Positions 10,597 through 22,109 of a stretch of 64,000 nucleotides of DNA are shown in pieces. The stretch is from the NCBI GenBank assembly GCA_051294375.1, contig CM119271.1:6378188-6442187 (forward strand), read 5' to 3'. The position numbers were made by a program, and so were the translations under genes. The stretch is from Paraspadella gotoi. Taxonomy: Eukaryota > Animalia > Chaetognatha. How positions within the stretch are numbered: position 1 is the stretch's first letter; every line of letters starts with the position of its first letter. The notes beneath the pieces were generated by a model. That model saw only the letters and a program-made list of their open reading frames with translations. It did no database searches and was not told where the DNA came from.

Positions 10597-13500
10597 ATGT
10601 CTCAAAACGTAGACATTTACGAAACTGGACTCAGTAGTGGAGCGAGTACTCCGAGACATGGAGCTTCACCATCACCAGGTTTGTTTATTTTCTTTTTTAG
10701 ATTTTTAAAAAGTGGCGCTCTATAAGAAACTACTCATAATTAATGAAATTGGTACAACCAATATAAAAATTATCCATTCAATTAATAAATAAGCTATCTT
10801 GCCCCTGACTTTGGACAGGCTTTGGTGGTTTAAGGCCTCCATCACTTTTACAAGATAATGACAAAGCAGGTCCCTGCAAGCTTTCAATCAAGACTTTCTC
10901 AGTCTCGTTTATTCACTCCCAGAGTACCTGGCTTCCCTATCAATGAAGTGGAAAATATTTCAAAGAATGTTTCAATTGTATGAAAAGACCATATTATAAA
11001 TGTTTTTTTACCCGAATTTCGAGGTTTTTCATTTTTGAAATTCAAAATTTTGTTAAGTACCTGTATTTAATTAAAAATTATATGAAATCTATTATTAGTA
11101 TTATTATTAGTTTTAACGAAACGAACATTGGAGACATTGATTTTATCTTTGGCAGTCAGTAGGATGAGGGAGGAAGAGCAATTTGATAAGGCCTAACTAA
11201 AATTTGTCAATTTATGCATTTATTCATACCATAGTTTCATAGTTAATAATTATGTTACCGGTTCGCCTTTTGTACTAATTATTAATTAATAATAAATATC
11301 TTTGGATTTTTACATTTTTGTTCATTTATGAAATTGGTACCAACAATATAAAAATTATCCATTCATTTAATATATAAGCAATTAAAATTACTTATTTAAA
11401 AGTCAATTTTAATAAATTTAGCCGCCGCCGAAATTCAATGGTACGAGTACGACCTTCAACTGGCGGCCGAACTCGGCAAGGCACTCCTGGAGAGGAATCA
11501 GGACCTGGAGTCCCAGTTGGCGGACGCCGAAAAAACTATCCAAAGTCAACAAACGGAAATTCAGTTCCTGTTTCAAAAATTAGACACAGCCAAGAATCTC
11601 AACGAAAGCAGGTTTTTATCGTGATTTCTTGTCTCAAAAGTACCTCATAAGTCGGCTTGTTTGCCCCTAAAAATACGTAATTATTAATAACACAAATATT
11701 ATAATAATTACTAGCTTTTTCGTTGCTCTTTCCAGAATGCGTATCTTCGAGCAAGTCGACACAAATGCCCAAGATCTCGAAGCAGTCAACCGTCAGTTGC
11801 GTCATCAGTCGTCGATCGATCAGCAGGTGCCTAGTTATCTCTAATTTACTTAATTGCCTTAATTTTTTACCTTCATTCACACTGCTAATTTTGTAGACGA
11901 TTTCACGCCTGACGGGTTCCCTGCGTGAGGCCGAGTCTCGTTGTGAGAAGCTGGAAAACGATGTCTATGATATGAAACGAGAGATGGCGGAGGAGGCGAA
12001 AAGATTTCGCGACAGATGGAGGGAGACGAAGAAGAAGGAAAGGTTGGTCAAGGGTGGCCAAGGGTGGCGTTCTTTCTCTCATTAATATTTTTCAGTCATC
12101 GTCATAATATTTCTTCGATTTTTTGCCTTAAGACGCGCGAGTAACGAATCGATGGAGAGCGACGTGGACGCGGACGACTTTATTCTTTTGGGAGACGTCG
12201 TCCACGACAAGAAAATTCCTTCAGCGTCGGCCAGACGTGACGAAAATGTCGAAGATCGAATCTTCGACGATTTAAACGTCGAAACCTCATTGGTTGATTC
12301 CTTGTCGTGGTACCAAGCGGAGACGGAAAGGCTGAATAAAGAGGTTAGAATATAAATGCATGGCCACTCGCCCGTAAAAGATAGCTCGTCTCTCCGTTTT
12401 CCCTCGAAACTTTATTGAATTAAAAGCATGAATGATAGCAAATCTAAATGAAATTGGTACAATCAATGCGAATAAGCTATCTTGCCCCAGTCATTGGTGG
12501 CTTAAGTCTTCCATTACATTTACAAGTTAAATGCTGAATAAGGCTTGAAGTCAACAAGCCGAAACATGTCAATCTCTCAAATAAAAATCGTTGTTACAAT
12601 TTCGAAAACACTTTGCTTTCTCTAATATTTAAAAAAAAACGCACACAACGAAAAAGAAAGGATTATTGCATCAAGATAATAACATAGCAGGACTTTGCAA
12701 GTTTTCAATCATGACTCTCCGTCTCATATTTTCACTCCCAGAGTTTCGGGCTTCACTATCAATGAAGTCGAATAATATTTCAAAGTATTTCCAAGTATCT
12801 TTCAATTGTATATAGGTACCACTCCTGTGATTTTTAATTTAAGATTACTCATTAGCTTCTCGCTGCCGAAAAGAAGTTAGCCATCGTCAACGCCGAACAT
12901 AGAAGCGATCTTTGTCAGAAGATGGAAGAGAATAAAAGCCTCTCGATGATGCTGGAGATGAGTCGTTCGCAGACCTTGCGACGAACCAATTCTTCGGACG
13001 AAGACAACAAAATTAGGATGACTAGTCTTCCGTACGGTCCGAATGCCGCAACGCCGACGACTCCAACGCCGACGTCGTCTTCCTGTTGCTCATCGGGGAA
13101 GGTCACGCGAAACGTTAGGTGAGTAGATTTGACTCACCAATTCACTCTTTGAGTTCGATCCATTTTTGATTCGTTTCCCACACCAGCTTTGGGGAAGTTA
13201 CGTCTTTGACTTCCGCGGCGGCCGACGTCGACAGCAGCGATGACGAAGAGAACGTTCCTGCAGTTGTTCGCCGCAGTATTGAAGACAAATCCTCTCGTCG
13301 TGGGATCGGGGGAGGAATGCGTCTTCATATTACGACGTCGTCCGGGACGCAAGATCAGCCCCATCTCTCTTCTGTCGACGGCTCGACCGAAGGAAAGGCG
13401 GGGCCGTGCCGCTTATGCGGGGCCGATATGGGCGACATGTGCCACAACTGCGTCGCCAAAAGGATTTCTTATGACATCGAAATGGATGATTCGGATGTCA

Positions 13501-16359
13501 AGAGGGGAGAAAATGGTATGAAAATTGAATCGGGATGTCAGTTTAACGTAATTTTTTTTCTATTATCATTTCCTAACATCATCACGACAGAATTTGGTTC
13601 GCGAAGTTCGTACCGTGTCGCTAGACTACGTGACGGTGCCCTTGCCTACGGCAGCCAAAATACGCTGGATCGCATCGGAGCTGCAGAGCCGCATGCCGCT
13701 GGAAACAGGCGCGGCAGCGCCTCCCTTATGTCCGAAATCGGAGCTCAATACTACCGCCTTGTCGAAATGTACGAGACGATGTTGCTGAAGAGAGCCGAAA
13801 GCTCGCTTGGCCAGGTGAGTTTTAGTAGTTTTGATTCGGGTGTCGTTCTGTATTTTACTATATGCGGTTCTTATTTTTAGTTAACGGAGACGGATGAAGG
13901 AGATTCCGACGACGATGTGGCTATTTCTCTCGGCGTGACTCCTTTGGAGGAAAATGTCAAGCTCTCCGAAAACCTCTTGTCATGTGAGGAAAAACCTTCG
14001 ATACTTCTACCTCGGGCAGCGTCTACACCGACCCGTGACAGACCCAAAGGAAGACGACGAGTTTCTAGGTAAAGGACTATTTTTCTGCTTGAGCTTTCAA
14101 TTTTCTGCTCAAGAAAATATAATTTTAAGTTGGCGAGATTAGGAATTTGTCGACAAATTGGTCGAAGGGAAAATAATTTTGAAAAAATCGCAATCATTCT
14201 ATATAACGATCTCGACATCTCGTATTGCAGATCCTCGAGCGTCGCCGTTCCATACCAGACTTTCACGAGCGACTTGTTTTCCGACACGCGTCTTCATCAC
14301 GCCGCGTTTTGCGCAGTCTTCGTTCTCTCGCTACCGAAAGCAGCTCTGGTGATCATAAGCTTCGTATTCGTCCTGGCCCTTCACTCCCGAACCATTAAAC
14401 GTTTTCTAAGTCGTTCATCGATTCGCGGAACTTCCTTGGACTCCCACCTTCGAAGGCCGATTCCGCCAAGGTCAAAGACGGAAAGAAGAAAAAGAAAAAG
14501 TCAGGTACTAAACTGTAAAGGATATGGAGTGAGGCGTTTGCACTTTCGGATTTTTCCGCTTTCCCTACGAAATCCCGCTCTGCTTCCCAGATGGCGTCAT
14601 ATCCTGGAATAAGTGGCATTTTTTACAAGTCTAATGCTTGATATCTGGACTCTCTGCAATCTGTGCATACTACTATTTTGTATTAGGTCCTAAGACGTCA
14701 CATCGCTCCGTCCCGATACCCGAATGGTGCATTGGTAACGACGACGTACCGTGTGGTAACGTTAGTGGGCCATTTTCCACAAAAAAGAACGACCCCCTTG
14801 AAGGAACAAGTTTCCTTGAAGAAAATGATGGATGGTCTACTCCCATGAGAGGTAAGAAATGGTGGGTCTTCACTCTTCAGACTCTGTAACACGGAATTGT
14901 ATGTAGTAAATCTTAATATGTTAAACAATCTAAACGTCCGGGAAAATGTAAAACAAAACCGTAAACAATACAAAATATAAAATTGTTGGAAAGCAAAACG
15001 TCGTTTTATGCATTATATGAGCATATTATTTTAATACAATGAATAGTTTGCAATTTTTTTTCATTTTATCTCTAAGATTTGGGACGTGTTCCTACGCCAC
15101 CGTCGTTGGTTGATCAACCAGAATCCATTTCTTTGTCAACAGTCCCCGAAACCCATTCTCTCCTAACAACTTCCTTGAGCCACGGTAAACTTTTAAAAAC
15201 ATTTTGATGCTATCAATAAGTTGGTTTGTCGTTTGCCATTTTTGTTCTCTTTTAGCTTATTATAAATATTAATATTTATTTACAGATGATGCTGGGTTGG
15301 AACGTTTGATTCAATCTCCGACAACACTCCCAGAAATTGAACCGTTGCCTAGCAGCCAATCAGAATCTAGCATTTTGCGTAACCCGTCAACGACTTACGC
15401 TGATCATCCTGGTTCGGCGCTAAAGCCTGGCGTCACCTCCGACTGGTTTGCAGTTTCTCGCAGCGTACAAACAGAAGTCTCCTCTACGCAGGATTCGAGG
15501 CTCATTGCGGGTATAGTTGATATATAGTGATATAGTTAAATTGATTTATTATTTTATATAGCCCTCCATGGTAAATTAATTTTTATCACGCGTACTCCAC
15601 CAGGAAAGCTATTTCACAATCTCCGAGTTTGACCCCCGGAGTACAATAAAATAAACGAGACTATAATTGAAAGCTTGCAGGGTCCTGCAATGTTATCTTG
15701 TAAAATATATGGAGTCCTTAACCCCCCCCCCCCAGAGCCTGTCCAAAGTCAGGGGCCGGATAGCTTGAATTCGTATTGTACCAATTTCCTAGCCAAATAT
15801 TTTTGTTTATTACTCATTGGCAAACTTACGTTCCTTAAACGACTCACCGTCGCCAATTCTCTGCTTCTCTCTCGTTTCTATAACAGAGAGCGCTCTTCGC
15901 GGGGAAGTCATCTTTCGTCAGAAACGTGGGCGTCGATCGAGATCGCGGGCCTTTCAAGGAAGCCGAACGTCGTGTCTGGGAACCCCTTCGTCGGGTTCTG
16001 GTTGCGTCGGCCGGAGTCGCAAGTGTCGCTCTTTGATCCTCGACGAGATGTTGGAACGGAGCATTTCTACCGACAGTCGTGATCAAAACATTTTCGAAGG
16101 TCGGGTTATTGGGCACGTCGTATTGCCCCTTTTTTTCACCCCTTGATTTTTATATTTAATTTTTTTCTTCAGGATTCGATCGCAGACCACCCGAGTATCG
16201 GGAATTGTTTCGAGAGATTTTCGCAACTTTAAAAAAATCTGTCGACAAAGGTAAGTTTTTTTATCATCGAAGTGAAAAGTTTAGTGAACATTTGAAAAAG
16301 TCCTTCGTTTTTCAGAAATGGCTCGTCCGCCTACGCCCCCGATGGCCAGCAGCGTCTAG
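10597..16359 (+). CDS. CDR2: CDR2/CDR2L/centrocortin-like coiled-coil dynein adaptor, 17 exons (10597-10678, 11422-11611, 11736-11826, 11897-12042, 12133-12343, 12856-13118, 13187-13515, 13591-13814, 13881-14068, 14231-14348, 14411-14504, 14687-14851, 15077-15184, 15286-15510, 15887-16099, 16173-16250, 16316-16359), ~922 aa
   Basis: WYEYDLQLAAELGKALLERNQDLE (CC1 box, like CDR2 DLQLAAELGKTLLDRNTELE); NESRMRIFEQVDTNAQDLEAVN; SLMSEIGAQYYRLVEMYETML (like SLLHEVDTQYSALKVKYEELL); C-terminal PPEYRELFREIFATLKK (like PPEYKALFKEIFSCIKK). All phases close consistently. The first exon and exons 10-15 are less certain. Confidence 0.85.
10743..10980 (+). repeat. Dispersed ~240-bp repeat family, copy A (CDR2 intron 1)
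   Basis: atgaaattggtacaaccaatataaaaattatccattc...cttgcccctgactttggacaggc...gcaagctttcaatcaagac...ctatcaatgaagtgg recurs at 11328-11380 (partial), 12448-12810 (split), 15630-15790 (-), 22235-22455 (-), 32817-33030, 51202-51308 (-) and ~59020-59207 (degenerate). Confidence 0.85.
12448..12810 (+). repeat. Copy of the 240-bp repeat family interrupted by a ~140-bp insert carrying a hammerhead-like motif
   Basis: The 5' part (12448-~12527) and 3' part (~12670-12810) align to copy A; the insert contains ctgaataaggcttg...caagccgaaacatgtc. Confidence 0.7.
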
Positions 16360-17703
16360 AATGTGGTTTCGATCAAATGAGGGATAATTTGCCTTTTTTT
16401 TTTCGTCGACGTTTGTCTTGCAGCGTCACGTTCTTTTGCATTCCATAGTTTTAGAATCTATTTATTTTATACCTTTTCTCACACGAATTTATTTTTCACT
16501 TTTATTTTTAACGCGAGACCATTTATTTCCCTCTTTTTTCCGACTCAACGGAATCTAGGCATCACTGGTCATTTTCGCGTAACTGCCCCTTTTAAACGCT
16601 TTTTAACACGTGATCTCGTATCTCCAAGTATTATTATATAATTAATTATTATTAATTAATAATAATAATAATTATTATTAGAACTTTCCAAAGAATTACA
16701 ATTTACAATTACAATTTTATGGTAGTTCGAGTCAAAAAAGCATACATTCTGTAAACAAATATTGATTTATTCTACATTTTGCTGAGATTCGAAAGCTACA
16801 CACGCAATTTATTTTTTATTGAATCATGTTCAAAGGTTGGCTATTTACGACAGTTACAAAATTAAAAATTTTGTTTTAAGATTTTAAATTACTACTGGTA
16901 TTTTAATAAAATTACTGCGATTTTTAAGCTGCAGTTATACTTATAGTTATACCATTTATTAACCATTTTAGGAATTAAGCCAGTACGAAAACCTATCAAC
17001 GCACCTTGTTGGCTTGCATTAAAATGTAAATTTTTGGTTATCAAAATTAAACATTCGCTTTCAACAACAATAAACTTCAACTACATAAGCAAATGACAAT
17101 GCTTTTAAATACTCAAATAAGTTTGATTGGTCATTCTAGTATTTCTACCCATTAACAAATAATGAACACTAAATTTAAAAAAAAATATTGTCCTTCACCT
17201 ATTTAACATAGGTATTGTAGAGTGATGTATTAGCGTCCCGGAAGCTGCAGCCGTCCGCCGTCGGTTCGGAAGTTTTGGAACAACACATACCAGAGCGCTT
17301 TGGACCAAAGATACCGAAAAGTTTGGTCACTCTCTTTTCGGTAGGAATAATTGAATCCGGGTTGCTAATTAATTTTTTTTTAATTGCTAACAATTGCATT
17401 GTTTTACACAACGGGTTCCTTACACTTTTTCGTAGAAATTTATCTCATTTTGTTTATCGGCTGACTCAAATTTAATTTTGTTTATGGACGCTTTATATTC
17501 GTGTTTTACTCACTCGTTAAATTACCATTCTCATATTTACGCGAGCTTTATTTTTCGTGTTTTTCTTTTTTGGCGCTTATTGTTTATTTCGGTTTCAATA
17601 TTTTTACACAGCAAAATATTTTCAGGAGCGACGCGGAAAAAAAAACCGTATTGGTAATAAGCCGAACCAAAAATAGTTAAAAAAAAACAAACCAGAAACC
17701 AAA

Positions 17704-20628
17704 ATGGCATCAGGTGAAAAACGATGCTTCATCTACGGACATGAGATGCAGAAAGTGGCGGAGGCGAAGTCAGAAACGGAGAAGCGAAGAGAACTCGATG
17801 CAATCCGCTTCAACGATGGAGCCAAAGAGCTCGTCAAGCAGCGACTTCCCGAAATCGGTACGATACCTGAGTACTCTGTATGATATCAGAAACTGACACC
17901 AAAGAAATCACTAATACTTGACGTCACTCCTCAGGTTACCTCTGGCACGCTTCGCGAGCAACGTGCCTCATCGAGATAAATCTTGAACTCGAATTGACCG
18001 GGGAGGACATCGTAGACACTCTCAATACTGCTGACGAGGAATTGCACCTTCTCTTTCCCTCCTTAACTCCGCCCGACTGCATCCGGCTGAAAAAAACGCT
18101 TGCGGAGAAGAAGCCGCAGTTTGAGCAGGTAGGAGACCTTTTTTGTTTACATATGTTATGTGCCATGCCTTTTCCTAATGCCCCGTCTGTTTAAACTCAA
18201 CCAACGCAGCAATTGAAAGACAACGACGGAATCGCCGTAGTTCCCATATCCTACTGCGGCAACGGTATTCACGTGAGGGAAGGTTGGATTCTTACCGACG
18301 CTCGACTTTGCGGCACAGCGGTGAGACCGACGACCATTCTGATTCCAAGAAATAACTTTTTTCTTGTAATAATAATAATAATAATACCTAATTACCAATT
18401 TTGTCTTTATCTTAGATCCAAGCTCATAACGCTACGTTTACTTTCCTGTCGGGCGAAGAGGGAAGCACCAAGAAGAAGCCTCTCATCTTCGAACCTGCCG
18501 AACGCTTCGTCTTCAGTTTTCGCGCTAAGAACTCGGAGCTCAAGTATCTTGAAAACCGGAGTCCCTTCATGGCCTTTGTCAAACTGGGAGTTCAGGTTTG
18601 CTTAAGACCAATTGATATGCCAGGTTGCGTTAGAATCGACATAACTTTAATTCTGTCTTTTACGATATGGAACAAGGTGACGCAAGATCGCGGAGTCGAC
18701 GACTTCCTCGACTGGGAGTTGACGGAACAGCAGCTCATTGTCGACAACGAGATTCCGCAATTTGACGTGCCCCAGTTCAACGACCTTGACAAGGATGACA
18801 AGAAATACTCCATCGTTCAACTCGTCGCTCCCGGTGTTAAAGGTTAGAGGTCGATTTTTTTCTCGATCCAATACGTCGCCAACTCTAAAGTTTGTCCCAC
18901 TCTTCGTCAGGCGCCACTCCGACTCCGCCTAGCGTTTGCGCTTCTCTCGTCGATCCGAAAGACATCAAGGTGGTATTGCCGGAGTTAGGACCCTGCATCA
19001 TGTACGAGTTGGAGGACTCGAAGCGCTACTTGTCTCAATCCGGTGCCATCGTCTTTTACACCGAGGGCGATAAGTTTAGGCTAACCGGATTTATCTTCAA
19101 CGACACTGTAGACCCGCTCAAGCACCCTAAGGACTCGTTTACTAAATACAACCAAATCCTTCCTTTTCCGGGTATGAATTTTCATTTTTGCCCTAAACAG
19201 ATTATTAGTAGTCAGTAGATAAAATGTATTTAATACTATGTTACTGTCTTTCGTTAGGCGATCTACTTCACATTTTCGAAAACGCCAAAAACTTCATGTT
19301 AAACCGAACCGGAGAAACTCTCACTGAAGGCACCAGTCTCCAATACAACTACCGCGCGATGGCCGAGTTCACCAAGTCTCAAATGGTGGCATCACTGGGT
19401 GAGTGTTTCCAAAAAATGTCATAACTGATTGTCCAGCGAGGCGAGATATTTTTTAATTCGGTTTTTTTAGGTGGAACTTATGACATCAACTTCGCTCATC
19501 CAAAACTGGATGAAGGGTTTTCTCACGCTGCCTGTGTTGATACATCTGCGTTTTTTGCTCAGGTAAGAAAATAATTTATTTGTCACTTTTATGTGCATTA
19601 CTCTATTGGAGTACTATTTTTCTATACTAATCATACGCTTCTCTAATAGTCTTTCAGCGAATGTTTCATTATGATTGTGCTTAAAATAAACTTCCGCTTT
19701 TGTTTAAGGGGCTATAAGTTTTGAAGCCTTGGAAGCCCCGCTGTTAATTAAAGGTAGTTACAATTTCTTTTACTTATAAATTTGTCTGTATTCGGAACAT
19801 TGCTATTGCTAACAGAATAAATCACGTTTTAGTTATACCATATATTTTCTATTTATAATTGTATTTATATATAAATTTTTACAATTAATGCAATCAGGTT
19901 CTATAAAAATTACATAAATTGAATTCCAAATCAGAAAATCACTTCTTACGACTTACGACTTAATACGAGTTAAGATATAATCAAGATTTAAAAAAAAAAA
20001 TTAAAACCTAGGCTAGAAGTCTACTTGGAGGCATTTTTTTCCCCGTTTCGAGTTTTATTACATATTTCGGCTTTTGCTTTATACGTAATCCGTATATATA
20101 TATATAGATATATCTATAAATTTGTATTACTTTTAACCACGAAGCTGCGATTAAGTTGTACTTTGTGTTTTATTTAATCAAATTTGTCATTGCATCAGTG
20201 TGACATGGAAATTATAGAGCGCAAGCACAGCAATGAAAATTTTATTCGCGTTTACGTATATGTACGTGTTAAATAAGTTTTTTTGCAGAAAAATGAAAGC
20301 AAATTGTCCTTTCAATTTCTTTCTACGTCGTCGTTCGGGAATTTCTGTACTATAGCCAAAAAAAAAAATTAAAACTGATTAGCCTAATCAATTAAAATTT
20401 TGTAATTCTGCATTGATATTATTCATATAATGGCATTATGTAACTAGAGAAAGATTAGTTTGCACATATGCATGTAAAACCAAATTACAAGAAAATTAAC
20501 TGAAAATTGACGGAGTATCTCTTAGTAAAACCTAATTTCTTTTTCTTATATGATTGGTTTTTGCCTTTTATTTTTAGGAAGCGTCTGGAATCGACCCATC
20601 GATTTTGACCCAACCGCCTCCCGAATGA
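17704..20628 (+). CDS. Uncharacterised 449-aa protein with a trypsin-like (Trypsin_2/FAM111-type) pattern, probably catalytically inactive; 9 exons (17704-17857, 17935-18128, 18210-18320, 18416-18595, 18677-18842, 18911-19171, 19258-19398, 19471-19562, 20578-20628)
   Basis: aaaATGG start; exons sum to 1350 nt with consistent phases and coding-like codon use. Motif order ATCLIEI...CGNGIHVREGWILTDARL...NATFTF...PFMAFVKLG...CIMYE...SQSGAIVF...RLTGFIF follows the chymotrypsin-fold pattern. The gene model is solid; the fold call is inference. Confidence 0.75.
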
Positions 20629-22109
20629 GAAATCGGATTTTCGAATTTAATTGTTTGTTGTTTTCACAAAATTTTTAGCGACGTTAGACTTCGAAGTCAC
20701 CGCTAGTCAAGTAGTGACCTTATTTTCGCACTTAAAATTTTAAAAAACTTTTGAAGTTTTTTTTGTTTTTTCTAGACTTAACGTTCGAGCGATTTATTCA
20801 TTTTTATCTTTTTCATATCTCTCCGACGGATCGCATGTTTTATAGATAAATATGTTTATTTTAAAAGATTTTATTAAATGATAAATCCACTGTAAAAACT
20901 TATCCGCAAAAAATCTGCGACTTATTTTTTATTTTTAAATTATTGTTCGACTAACATTCTAATCTAGTTTTTTCGATGTTTCTAAAAGTGCCTTTCCCAA
21001 AAATATTGAAAATATCGGTCTAAAATCTACATGTATACTAATAAGTGCTTACTTAGTGCTGTCTTCAATCCGTTCTATCGATTGTATGAACAGCAAAATC
21101 TATATCCAAGCGCTAGTCAAGTGTTCGCTTTTACAAAAAAGTTACCATGTTCTACACCTTTAAAAGCTGAGGTGGGGTCAGCTTTTATATATTTAGAACA
21201 CCATTGTACTTTGTTCGGTTTTATTGGCATCGCTTTTGTTTTATTTTTACCTTATCTAGTTTTTTTCTATTTGGAAATAGAATGACTTATTATTATTATT
21301 CGTCTTATCTTGGTTTAAAGATATAAATCAAATGGCTGATAAGCAAGTAGTCAGAATTAAGTACATTTGTTTAGTTACGTACAGCGGAATGATTTATTAA
21401 TTATAATGTATTAACCGAACGATTAGTATTTATTTAATTTTATCATAATGTATTTTCAAAGGTATTAAATGAGGTTATTGTTTCCAGTTACAGTCGAGTC
21501 AGAATAATTCCGTAAGATATTCGCCTCGGTCTCCACCAAAAGATAAAATTCTCCAGGTTTTATGAATATACTTGACCCGTCGGTTTCATCAGCAGCGAAG
21601 GAAAAAAAAAAACCATGATTGGGCGCAGAAGAGCAAACGAGAATCGATGCTTCTCTCGGGAATGGGGCTTTTCCTTCAGCCGGAAACCTATTGATTCGCC
21701 GGGGGAAAAAGATATACCAAATAACCGTTCCTATTTTTGGGTGTTAAATGGCCATTGGTTCACGGGTGGAAAGAAAGCTTGTATTTTGATGGTAATTTGG
21801 AGAACTATGGCTTGTTATTTTATACTAATGAAATGATTTTAAAAATGTTCCATGACATTGATATATAAATTTTAAACTAAATTTAAAAAAAATAAAAAGC
21901 TCGTAGGATTTTGCTATTATCTTGTGATTGGGACTGTCTTTAATTAAACAAAGCCCGTGTCGTAGTGGGGCGCAAAGAGTGTGTTATGTAATTATTTTTT
22001 TGGTTTTCTGTAATTGTAAACTTAATTATTATAACACCTTTTTCCCCTTCTACCCATAAATTAAAAAAGTATTTGATGATTTCTTAGAAATTGTTTAAAA
22101 GAAAAGAAA

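Noticed and set aside
13516-13590. Stop-free in-frame introns (here and 18596-18676) as retained coding sequence
   Set aside because: Both have GT-AG ends and intron-like composition; short 3n introns without stops occur by chance.
19709-19753. 45-nt cassette exon candidate in the last intron of the novel gene
   Set aside because: In the required phase it reads GGG CTA TAA; it could be a poison or alternative end, but splice-like dinucleotides are the only support.
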